Source: a virus
Lineage: Duplodnaviria; Heunggongvirae; Uroviricota; Caudoviricetes
Strand: one strand, 5' to 3'
Length of the DNA stretch: 64,000 nucleotides
IMG/VR virus record: IMGVR_UViG_2531839524_000004
Each line of letters begins with the position of its first letter. Position 1 is the stretch's first letter. The notes under the pieces were generated by a model. The model worked only from the letters and a program-made list of their open reading frames with translations. It was not told the origin of the DNA and did no database searches. Shown here piece by piece: positions 55,627 through 64,000 of the stretch. Position numbers and translations under genes: made by a program.

Positions 55627-56359
55627 ATTAAGCCGCTCGCAGTTTTTGCAGGTATTTGCAGTGATGCAGTCGATAAAACTGATCAATGGGCATACTTCCA
55701 ATGGTGCGGCTCCACGTATTCTGTGGGGCAGCAACAATATTGACGGAGTACAATTCGCCGCGTTGCTTGGTCTAATATCCGAGACGCCATTGATGCAAAG
55801 TTTGAAATCACTACCACCTGGATGTATTGCGCCGATCCTGATTAATCCTTTTGTTGAGGGGGGATATCTTCCCAACGTCGGGCCTGGGTTTATTGCATCC
55901 CATGAAACTGAAGATCTTAACATTAATAGCGAAGGGTTCTTTGGGGGAATGGGTGCGCATCACTGTATGGCTTTCACGAACCTTATTCGACTTGCCAATA
56001 AGCGGGTGGATAGTTTGGCATCGCCAGGTGATGCTTTTACTGGTTTCCTTATCCAAAGGAGGGATAAAAAGTACAGTGCGGACAAACTACAGTTTGTTGG
56101 TAAGTATGGAGAAATGGTAGAAATCGAACTTCAGCTCCCTCATGTTTTAGCAAACGATAGTGCAGACAGTCGGAGGCTGTTGGGCATCATGCGTCATTTC
56201 ATAGCAAGTGGTGTTAAACATGCCGCAGATAAACGTGTCACGCAGGAAAATGAGTATTCAGACTTTGCAAACTATCCCCAACCAACGTTGCAAACGGCAA
56301 TAGTAGCCAATTCGTTGGAGGCGAGATTATTGGAAAACCCTATATGGGGAACATGGTAA
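55616..56359 (+). CDS. Hypothetical protein
   Basis: 247-aa ORF between sbcC and the RuvC-like gene. Confidence 0.5.
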   Translation: MSFKLSRSQFLQVFAVMQSIKLINGHTSNGAAPRILWGSNNIDGVQFAALLGLISETPLMQSLKSLPPGCIAPILINPFVEGGYLPNVGPGFIASHETEDLNINSEGFFGGMGAHHCMAFTNLIRLANKRVDSLASPGDAFTGFLIQRRDKKYSADKLQFVGKYGEMVEIELQLPHVLANDSADSRRLLGIMRHFIASGVKHAADKRVTQENEYSDFANYPQPTLQTAIVANSLEARLLENPIWGTW

Positions 56360-56368
56360 GGAGACTAT

Positions 56369-56938
56369 ATGAGTAAAAAAATCAGCGTAGTTGGTGTTGA
56401 TCCCTCAATGAGCAACTTTGGGCTTGCTGTGGGCACTTTAGACCTTGAGACGGACGAACTTGAGATTCACGGCCTTACTCTTGTTGAGACTAAAGCGGGG
56501 AGTAACAAAAAGACCGTTCGTGTGAACAGTGACGATCTGCGCCGAGCCAGTGAAATATGGCGTGTTGCGAAGCCAATCATTGATAAGGCAAATATGGTTT
56601 TTTGTGAGCTACCGGTTGGGAGCCAAAACTCTCGTTCGCAGACGTCTTACGGTATTTGTATCGGTGTACTTGCGTGTGTGGATAAGCCATTGATCCAGGT
56701 TACTCCAAACGAAATCAAGCATTTTGTCGGCAATAAACTTACTACATCGAAAGAAGAGATTATCCAGTGGGCTACGAAAAAACACCCTAAAGCACCGTGG
56801 CTGCGTCGTAAGCAATCTGGACAGGATGTTCTCGTGAACAAAAACGAACATTTGGCTGATGCGGTGGCTGCCATCCATACCGGTATGCAAACAGATCAGT
56901 TCCGCCAGGTGCGCGATGTTCTTAAGTCTCTCATTTGA
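56369..56938 (+). CDS. RuvC-like Holliday junction resolvase (putative)
   Basis: N-terminal 'ISVVGVDPSMSNFGLAV' matches the first RuvC catalytic Asp motif. Confidence 0.6.
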   Translation: MSKKISVVGVDPSMSNFGLAVGTLDLETDELEIHGLTLVETKAGSNKKTVRVNSDDLRRASEIWRVAKPIIDKANMVFCELPVGSQNSRSQTSYGICIGVLACVDKPLIQVTPNEIKHFVGNKLTTSKEEIIQWATKKHPKAPWLRRKQSGQDVLVNKNEHLADAVAAIHTGMQTDQFRQVRDVLKSLI

Positions 56939-57011
56939 TTTCATTGATAGGTAAGTGCTTATCTATTAACATGGGCCACTATATTTAGTGGCCCTCTTTA
57001 TTTGGTGATAC

Positions 57012-59327
57012 ATGATAAGCATCGTAAAACGTAACGGCCAAACAGAGCCGTTATCCGAAGAAAAATACAACCGCGTCGTAATGTATGGCGTAGAAGGCAT
57101 TCGTGGTGTAAGCGCATCCGCTGTAGCAATGGGAGCTGCGGCCAGCATTTTTGATGGGATGACCACCAGCCAGTTGCATGAGGCTTTGGTTAAATCTGCC
57201 GCTGATTTGATCTCACCAGAAGCACCAAATTACTCACAGGTGGCTGCCCGCCTGAACATTTTTAAAATCCGCAAAGATGCCTTCGGTCGTTACGACTATC
57301 CGAACTTCTACCAACACATTGTCAAGAACGTTAACAAGGGCGTTTATGACAAGGATTTGCTGACACATTATTCGTTTGAAGAGATCGAAGAACTCGGCAA
57401 TTACATTAAGCCGAAACGTGACGATCTTTTTGGCTATGCAGCTACGGTGCAGTTGCAAAGCAAATACCTCGTTCAAAACCGTGTTACTGGTGAGATTCAT
57501 GAGGGGCCGCAACATATCTATATGCTGGTAGGCATGTGTCTGTTCCAGAATTGGGAAGACGACTGCGCTGGCAAAACACGTATGGAGATGGTCAAAGGTT
57601 TCTATGACGTTACAAGTACGTTCAAACTGTCTCTGCCCACACCAATCATGGCCGGCGTCCGTACTCCAACCCGTCAGTTCTCCAGTTGTGTGCTGATTGA
57701 GTCTGGCGATAGTCTGAAAGGGATTAGTGCAGCTTCAGCCGCAATTATCGACTACGTTTCACGTCGTGCTGGAATTGGTATTGGTTTTGGCCGTATCCGT
57801 GCGCTGGGCAGCGAGATCCGCAATGGTGAAGCCACCCATACCGGAGTTATTCCATTCCTGAAGCATTTCCAGACGGCTGTTAAATCTTGTTCGCAAGGTG
57901 GTGTTCGTGGTGGCGCAGCAACAGCGTTTTACCCGATCTGGCATCTTGAAGTTGAAAGTCTGCTGGTGGTGAAAAATAACCGTGGTATTGATGAAAACCG
58001 CGTTCGCCATCTTGATTACGGCGTCATGAGTAACCGTCTAATGTACCGTCGACTCGTCAGAAGCGAGAACATCACTCTGTTCAGCCCGCATGATGTGCCT
58101 GATATGTACGAAGCCTTCTTCACAGACCAGGAGCTGTTTGAAAAGCTGTACCATAAATACGAAGCCGATGATTCAATTCGCAAGAAGTCAGTACCTGCCA
58201 TTGAGCTGTTCTCATCTCTGATGCAGGAACGAGCGTCCACGGGCCGAATTTATATTGCGAACGTCGATCATATTAATGAGCATGGCGCTTTCATTCCTGC
58301 TCTTGCACCTGTCCGCCAGTCAAACCTGTGCATGGAGATCACTCTACCCACTCGTCCACTGGCATTTACCGACGACCCGAACGGTGAGATCGCGCTATGC
58401 ACTTTATCCGCTTTTAACCTCGGAGCCATCCGTTCACTGGAGTCTCTTAAAGAGGTGGCGTTCTATGCCGTTGCTGCACTGGATTCGTTACTGGATTATC
58501 AAGACTATCCGATGGAGGCAGCCGAAGTGCCTGCCAAAGCTCGTCGTAGCTTGGGAATTGGTGTAACCAACTTTGCTTATTACCTGGCAAAGAATGGCGT
58601 TCGTTATTCTGATACCGCTGGCAATAAACTGGTGCATGAAACGTTCGAAGCTATCCAGTATTACCTTCTTGATGCCAGCTGCCGACTTGCTGAAGCAAAA
58701 GGTGAGTGTGACTGGTTTGAGCAGACCAAATACGCAATTGGTCAGTTGCCGATCGACCATTACCGTTCTTCATTAGACGAAAGTGGCGAAACCAACTTTG
58801 AGTTAAAGATGCCGTGGGAAGAACTGCGTGAACGTATTGCAAAATACGGCCTTCGCAACTCCACACTGACGGCACAAATGCCATGCGAGACTTCCAGCCA
58901 GATCACTAATTCCACCAACGGCATCGAACCGCCTCGTGGCCCGGTGTCAGTGAAATCTTCTAAGGACGGCATCGTCAAGATGGTCGTGCCTGAGTTTGAA
59001 AAACTGAAGGAACAGTATGAATACCTGTGGGATATGCCGGACAACCGCGGCTATCTGACAAAGGTGGCGATCATCCAGAAGTTCTTTGACCAGGCTATTT
59101 CGGCCAATACCAACTATGACCCTTCTCGCTTTGAAGGCGATAAAGTCCCAATGATGACGCTACTGTCAGATTTGCTTCTCGCCTACAAGATGGGAGTTAA
59201 AACGCTTTACTACCACAACACCAGAGATGGTGCAGGAAAGCGTGATGACGACGAACCGCAGAATCCACTGGCGCAAGCTGTAGCCGTCGAGCCAGAAGAT
59301 GAGTGCGACGGAGCCTGCAAAATCTGA
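57012..59327 (+). CDS. nrdA: Ribonucleoside-diphosphate reductase alpha subunit (class Ia)
   Basis: 771 aa; N-terminal ATP-cone-like 'MISIVKRNGQTEPLSEEK'; 'SNLCMEI' active-site region; C-terminal Cys pair 'CDGAC'. Confidence 0.9.
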   Translation: MISIVKRNGQTEPLSEEKYNRVVMYGVEGIRGVSASAVAMGAAASIFDGMTTSQLHEALVKSAADLISPEAPNYSQVAARLNIFKIRKDAFGRYDYPNFYQHIVKNVNKGVYDKDLLTHYSFEEIEELGNYIKPKRDDLFGYAATVQLQSKYLVQNRVTGEIHEGPQHIYMLVGMCLFQNWEDDCAGKTRMEMVKGFYDVTSTFKLSLPTPIMAGVRTPTRQFSSCVLIESGDSLKGISAASAAIIDYVSRRAGIGIGFGRIRALGSEIRNGEATHTGVIPFLKHFQTAVKSCSQGGVRGGAATAFYPIWHLEVESLLVVKNNRGIDENRVRHLDYGVMSNRLMYRRLVRSENITLFSPHDVPDMYEAFFTDQELFEKLYHKYEADDSIRKKSVPAIELFSSLMQERASTGRIYIANVDHINEHGAFIPALAPVRQSNLCMEITLPTRPLAFTDDPNGEIALCTLSAFNLGAIRSLESLKEVAFYAVAALDSLLDYQDYPMEAAEVPAKARRSLGIGVTNFAYYLAKNGVRYSDTAGNKLVHETFEAIQYYLLDASCRLAEAKGECDWFEQTKYAIGQLPIDHYRSSLDESGETNFELKMPWEELRERIAKYGLRNSTLTAQMPCETSSQITNSTNGIEPPRGPVSVKSSKDGIVKMVVPEFEKLKEQYEYLWDMPDNRGYLTKVAIIQKFFDQAISANTNYDPSRFEGDKVPMMTLLSDLLLAYKMGVKTLYYHNTRDGAGKRDDDEPQNPLAQAVAVEPEDECDGACKI

Positions 59328-59433
59328 CATATGGTGGGGGATATCCCCACCTTCTCTTTGATTTGTAAGCCTTGTTTAAACACATAAGATAACAACTTGT
59401 TTAAACGCACCAAAAAAGAAAAAGGAAAAACAC

Positions 59434-60576
59434 ATGTCATATTCAACGTTCCGTTTGGGTGCTAATGATGCAACCAAAGAGCCTATGTTCCTCGGACAAT
59501 CTGTCAACGTGGCACGTTACGATCAGCAAAAATACCGTGATTTTGAAAAGTTGATTGAACGTCAATTGTCTTTCTTCTGGCGGCCGGAAGAAGTTGATAT
59601 TTCGAGCGATCGTATCGACTTCAACACGAAGCTGCGGGACCACGAACGTCACATTTTTCTGAGCAATCTCCGTTATCAAACGTTACTCGATTCAGTTCAG
59701 GGACGTAGTCCAAATGCAACGCTGCTGCCGCTTATCTCTATTCCTGAACTGGAAACGTGGGTTGAAACGTGGTCTTTCTCTGAGACTATCCATAGCCGCA
59801 GCTACACCCACATTATTCGTGGCATGGTGGACGATCCGAGCATTGTTTTTGACGGTATTGTTACGGATGAAGAAATCATCAACCGAGCGATCAGTATCTC
59901 TGCTGAATATGACAGGCTTTATGGGATGACCTGCGAGCGCCAGTCGTTAGGTGAGAAGGAATTTGAGCGTCTGTACGTAAATGAATATGGCTGGGAGCCA
60001 TACCCTTTGCATCGTCAGCTTTTCCGCACGTTGGTGTCCATTAATGCGCTTGAGGCGATCCGTTTCTACGTAAGTTTTGCATGTACGTTTGCCTTTGGTG
60101 AACGGAAGTTGCTTGAGGGTAACACCAAAATTATGCGCTTTATTGCCCGTGATGAAGCTCTGCATTGCGAAGGAACTGAACGCATGATCCGCTTCATGCG
60201 TACCGGTCGCGAAGGTTTATTGTGGAAAGAGATTGCTGCTGATGAAGAAAACGTCATTTACGACACCATGAAATCAGTCGCCGAACAAGAAATGAACTGG
60301 GCAGACTATCTCTTCAAAGACGGTTCGATGATTGGTTTAAACGCGGATATTCTCAAAACCTATGTAAAATACCGCACCAATCTGGCTATGAATCGTCTTG
60401 GCCTGAAGGCTTTATTTCCAGAAGTTACCACAGATCCGCTGGTCTGGATGAACAAGTGGTTGTTAACCGACACACTGCAAATTGCACCACAAGAGGCAGA
60501 GCAAAGCACATATCTGGTAGGTCAGATCGATTCTACCGTGGATAAGGCTTCTCTAAGCCAGTTTGCAGACCTGTAA
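59434..60576 (+). CDS. nrdB: Ribonucleoside-diphosphate reductase beta subunit
   Basis: 380 aa immediately downstream of nrdA; ExxH iron-ligand motif 'DEALHCEG'. Confidence 0.85.
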   Translation: MSYSTFRLGANDATKEPMFLGQSVNVARYDQQKYRDFEKLIERQLSFFWRPEEVDISSDRIDFNTKLRDHERHIFLSNLRYQTLLDSVQGRSPNATLLPLISIPELETWVETWSFSETIHSRSYTHIIRGMVDDPSIVFDGIVTDEEIINRAISISAEYDRLYGMTCERQSLGEKEFERLYVNEYGWEPYPLHRQLFRTLVSINALEAIRFYVSFACTFAFGERKLLEGNTKIMRFIARDEALHCEGTERMIRFMRTGREGLLWKEIAADEENVIYDTMKSVAEQEMNWADYLFKDGSMIGLNADILKTYVKYRTNLAMNRLGLKALFPEVTTDPLVWMNKWLLTDTLQIAPQEAEQSTYLVGQIDSTVDKASLSQFADL

Positions 60577-60653
60577 ACCGATACAAAGCATTATGTGGCC
60601 TGGCAACGCTGGGCCACAATGGATCACAAGAATTAAGAAGGAACAAAACTAGC

Positions 60654-61523
60654 ATGAACTTTACCAAACTGACTGACCCCCTGAAACTTGCCACCGATCG
60701 TCTCATTGGATTTAAGCCAGAACCATATGAGTTGCATGAAGGTCATGGTGTAGCTACTGAAAGTATTTACAAGATGGTCGATCAGTTTCATGAACTCTTC
60801 CAGCATCCGAGACGCGTTATGCCGACACCAGAGCTGCTTCGTCTCCGTGCAAGCCTGATTCATGAAGAAGCTGTAGTGGAAGGTATTCCAGCCGCAATGA
60901 ATGGGGATATTGAGCAACTGCTGGATGCAATGGCCGACTTTTTATACGTTGGTGTTGGTACGATGGTCGCCATCAAAGGTGGTATTTCTACCGGCATGAC
61001 CTATTACACGCAGGAACAGAGCATTGATCGCTTTATGCAGACAATTTTTGTGCCCGGTAACACTGTTTTCGATGATATGGCAATGCCATTTCAGGAAGCT
61101 CGTGAGGCGTCATATATGCTCGAAGAGCTGGCAGATAAACTTGAGAACAAGACTGTTAAGGATTCTGAGCTGATTCAGGAACTGCGCCGTGTCATGAACA
61201 AAATCTATGTGGCGTGCATGATGACCTATCGACTGGCTGATTTCCTCGGTATCAATGTAGTCGAGCTGGTTGGCGAAATTCATCGGTCTAACATGACAAA
61301 ATTATGGCCTGCTGATGTCGAGGAACGTCGCCAGGCTGTGGCCAACTGCAAATACGACTCTTCAGACCTGGGATTTCGCCATGCTGATGGTACCGATAAG
61401 ATGATCGGTTTTCGAATTTCCGATGGAAAGATTCTGAAGTCTCCAACCTATAGTGATGTCGATTTATCCTCCTTTGTTGAGCAAGCTAAAGCCTCAGCAA
61501 TGTACGGAATGATCAAAAAATAA
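60654..61523 (+). CDS. Putative MazG-like / all-alpha nucleoside triphosphate pyrophosphohydrolase (tandem domains)
   Basis: Two segments with the 'EE..E...D' pattern ('LIHEEAVVEG...EQLLDAMADFLY' and 'LEELADKLE...RLADFLG'); located in the nucleotide-metabolism block. Inference only. Confidence 0.4.
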   Translation: MNFTKLTDPLKLATDRLIGFKPEPYELHEGHGVATESIYKMVDQFHELFQHPRRVMPTPELLRLRASLIHEEAVVEGIPAAMNGDIEQLLDAMADFLYVGVGTMVAIKGGISTGMTYYTQEQSIDRFMQTIFVPGNTVFDDMAMPFQEAREASYMLEELADKLENKTVKDSELIQELRRVMNKIYVACMMTYRLADFLGINVVELVGEIHRSNMTKLWPADVEERRQAVANCKYDSSDLGFRHADGTDKMIGFRISDGKILKSPTYSDVDLSSFVEQAKASAMYGMIKK

Positions 61524-61666
61524 TTGTAGGTAGTTATCTATCTATGTATATTGTGTTAGCGCGTTAAATTCCTGAAACAACTATTCGTTTTGGTGGCCTA
61601 TGGCCACCATTTTTTTATCTATCTGGCCTTGTTCCCTCAATAAATGTAAACTCACGCAATGAATAA

Positions 61667-62797
61667 GTGATTACTTATCTTTGTGAGGTTTTTGTGTCAC
61701 TCCTTTTGAATCGTGAGCATACGAACGGTCAGGTAACAAACGCATCGTATGCAAAAGTTATTGAGACGGTGCTTAAAAGCGGCGTGCAGGCTGATGATCG
61801 CACAGGCACTGGTACTTTAAGCACCTGCTACGTTCCCTCTTACTACATGCTTACTGGTGGGACTGTGCCGCTTATTTCTGGAAAGGCGGTAAATCTTAAG
61901 CCACTGCTTGTCGAACTTGAGTGGTATCTGAAAGGCACGGGCAACATCCAATTTCTCAAGGATAACGGCGTTAAGATTTGGGATGCATGGGCCGATGAGA
62001 ATGGCGATTTGGGGCCAGTTTACGGTAAGCAGTGGCGTCGATGGGAAGATACCCGCATCGTGAGCCATAGTGAATATCTGAGCAAGATCGCTACTTTCCG
62101 TGAACGCGGGTACAAAGTCGAGGGATACCTAGGTATCAGTGAAGATCGCGTAGTGCTGTCCCGTGAAATCGATCAGCTACAGCGTATTGTCGATACACTG
62201 CGCACGAACCCTACCGATCGTCGCATCATGCTTAACGCATGGAACGTAGGCGAGCTTGAGGATATGAAACTGCCACCTTGCCACTTTGTCTTCTCTTTGT
62301 GGAGTCGTGAGCTTGATTTTGAAACCCGTTTAACGATGGCAACTGACATTGGTCTTCAACACAGTCGCCTCGGTTACGAGTCTATCTACACCAAGATGCT
62401 ATACGATCTGGAGATGGACGGCAGTGTTACTGAAGCTGAACTGGATGAACTTGGAATCCCCAAACGCATCCTCAACTCCTGCCTCGTACAGCGTAGCGTA
62501 GACACTTTTGTTGGTATGCCATTCAATATTGCTGGCTATGGCATTCTCACTCATTTTCTCGCGAAGATTACGGGTCACATGGCCGGTGCATTTGTGCATT
62601 TTGGCTTTGACGTGCATTTGTACAATAACCACATGGAAAGTGTGCGTGAGCTAATGCAACGACAGGCTCCAGAGCATTCAGATCCGGTCGTTATATTCCC
62701 TAATGAATGGTCTGAGCTGGATGATTTCAAATGGGACGAGATTCTTATTCTTGGCTATGCCCCTCTACCGTGGATCAAGGTTCCAGTGGCGGTGTGA
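61667..62797 (+). CDS. thyA: Thymidylate synthase (ThyA family) with two insertions
   Basis: 'DDRTGTGTLS', 'IWDAWADENGDLGPVYGKQWRRW', 'LPPCH', 'QRSVDTFVGMPFNIAGY', 'HLYNNHM' match ThyA almost residue for residue; true start is probably downstream of 61667. Confidence 0.9.
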   Translation: MITYLCEVFVSLLLNREHTNGQVTNASYAKVIETVLKSGVQADDRTGTGTLSTCYVPSYYMLTGGTVPLISGKAVNLKPLLVELEWYLKGTGNIQFLKDNGVKIWDAWADENGDLGPVYGKQWRRWEDTRIVSHSEYLSKIATFRERGYKVEGYLGISEDRVVLSREIDQLQRIVDTLRTNPTDRRIMLNAWNVGELEDMKLPPCHFVFSLWSRELDFETRLTMATDIGLQHSRLGYESIYTKMLYDLEMDGSVTEAELDELGIPKRILNSCLVQRSVDTFVGMPFNIAGYGILTHFLAKITGHMAGAFVHFGFDVHLYNNHMESVRELMQRQAPEHSDPVVIFPNEWSELDDFKWDEILILGYAPLPWIKVPVAV

Positions 62798-62798
62798 T

Positions 62799-63212
62799 AT
62801 GGCAAGAGGTATGTATGTCTTATGCGAAATTGAAGGTGTGCTGGCAAATACCAGCCATCGTAAATCTGTATCTGACTCGGATGCAGGCCAATTCATTGCC
62901 GGTGATGAACTCATTTTCCCCACCAGCCGTATGTTGCGTGGTTTTGCTCGCTCAGGGGCTGAAGTGGTGCTTATCAGTAGCCGCTCTGAAACTCTTGAAG
63001 CGCCCACTAAACGATGGCTGAAAGATTTTGGTGTTGATTACGACTGGCTTCATCTCGTACCGAATAGCACTAGTTATGAGAAGCATATTAAGCGCACATT
63101 AGCGGAGCATAAAGGCGATCTGCTTATCGCTGCGCTGGTGCACGATCCTCGACTCCGTGCCGCTTTAGCTGACTCTCATCATAGACCGGTCATCTATGAG
63201 GTGAGCAAATGA
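62799..63212 (+). CDS. Hypothetical protein (possibly HAD-like phosphatase fold)
   Basis: 'MARGMYVLCEIEGVLANT' resembles HAD motif I but with E-x-E in place of D-x-D; ORF track gives 62703-63212 overlapping thyA, start trimmed to the ATG at 62799. Confidence 0.35.
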   Translation: MARGMYVLCEIEGVLANTSHRKSVSDSDAGQFIAGDELIFPTSRMLRGFARSGAEVVLISSRSETLEAPTKRWLKDFGVDYDWLHLVPNSTSYEKHIKRTLAEHKGDLLIAALVHDPRLRAALADSHHRPVIYEVSK

Positions 63213-63685
63213 AGATGATAGCTGCTGTTGGCCGTAACTATGAGATCGGCATAGCGAACGAACTGCCCTGGCGTTGTTCTACCGATCTGAAGCTATTTAA
63301 GAGACTCACCAAAAACGCCACTGTCGTTATGGGGCGTAAAACGATGGAAAGTCTCAAACGCCCTCTTCCAGAGAGTCATAACCTCGTTTTGACGCGCTCT
63401 CATGGCTTTGTACCAAATGGATTCTACCCTGCTGGTGTGGATGATGTGTTGCGATTACCAGAGCCTGTGTGGGTGATTGGCGGGGAACAAATTTACTCGC
63501 TATTCATGCCGCATGTTGAAGAGATTTGGCTCTCCCACATCGGCGTTGATGTGCCAAACGCCGATGCATTCTTCCCGGCAAGCATGATGCGTAATTTAGG
63601 CTTTGTGCCTGTTGAAACAGCTTATACCCAACGAGCCAGCGAGGAAGAGCCTGGCTTTTCGCAGATCGTATACAGAAGGTCGTAA
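63209..63685 (+). CDS. folA: Dihydrofolate reductase
   Basis: 'MKMIAAVGRNYEIGIANELPWR...VVMGRKTMESL' matches the DHFR N-terminal fold signature; 158 aa. Confidence 0.85.
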   Translation: MKMIAAVGRNYEIGIANELPWRCSTDLKLFKRLTKNATVVMGRKTMESLKRPLPESHNLVLTRSHGFVPNGFYPAGVDDVLRLPEPVWVIGGEQIYSLFMPHVEEIWLSHIGVDVPNADAFFPASMMRNLGFVPVETAYTQRASEEEPGFSQIVYRRS

Positions 63686-64000
63686 TGGATTACCGGATTG
63701 GGATCACTGGTGCTCAGGGCAGTGGGAAAACAACCCTGGCTAAATATATCGACAAACATTACGGAATCCCTTACGTGGATGCTGGTGTCGGAAGTTTGAT
63801 GAGCCGCCTCGGTGTTCGAGTAGGTGATTCTATGCCTCTATATGAGCGGCTTCAGATTCAAATGGAAATAGCAAAGCATATAGAGCTACTTACGCGTGGT
63901 GTTGAAGGCTTTGTTATCGATCGCACACCTGCTGATGTTATGGCCTACACGTTGGATTTGGTCGGCCATACAAATGAAGATCGGTGTATTGAGTTAGCCC
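63685..64000 (+). CDS. P-loop NTPase, putative (deoxy)nucleotide kinase (5' part; continues past window end)
   Basis: ATG overlaps the DHFR stop by 1 nt; 'MDYRIGITGAQGSGKTTLAKYI' Walker A near the N-terminus. Confidence 0.5.
   Translation, partial: MDYRIGITGAQGSGKTTLAKYIDKHYGIPYVDAGVGSLMSRLGVRVGDSMPLYERLQIQMEIAKHIELLTRGVEGFVIDRTPADVMAYTLDLVGHTNEDRCIELA

Overview
This window reads as a contiguous piece of a tailed-phage genome that also carries plasmid-maintenance functions, an architecture I recognise as resembling the SSU5 / pHCM2-like phage-plasmids of Enterobacteriaceae (recollection, not a database hit). Order of content: (1) a lambda-like tail-tip module: 3' part of the tape measure gene, gpM/gpL/gpK/gpI-like genes, a 1577-aa gpJ-like protein with ten tandem 33-aa repeats, and a 1302-aa tail fibre; (2) a lysis cassette with an embedded o-spanin; (3) a ParA-type partition locus; (4) DnaB-like helicase, primase, ATP-dependent ligase; (5) four tRNA genes (Asn, Tyr, Thr, Ser) flanked by a family of related long hairpin elements; (6) a tyrosine recombinase with a perfect 13-7-13 inverted-repeat site just upstream; (7) a vWA + AAA+ (CobT/CobS-like) pair, a DnaE-type polymerase, gp32-like SSB, FEN, RecA-like recombinase; (8) a P1-like iteron replicon (repA flanked by 12 downstream and 4-5 upstream 17-19-bp iterons plus a GATC-rich DnaA-box region); (9) SbcCD, a RuvC-like resolvase, and a nucleotide-metabolism block (nrdA, nrdB, thymidylate synthase, DHFR, a partial P-loop kinase). 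The best candidates for undescribed biology are two AT-rich, terminator-flanked minus-strand cargo genes (28489-29751, 39747-40595), the recombinase plus its site and dispersed arm copies, the hairpin-element family around the tRNAs, the HExxH-vWA/AAA+ pair, a cluster of small overlapping membrane-protein genes, an SPFH lipoprotein pair, and a recurrent palindromic motif upstream of many operons. All functional calls rest on motifs read by eye from the translations; no searches were run.
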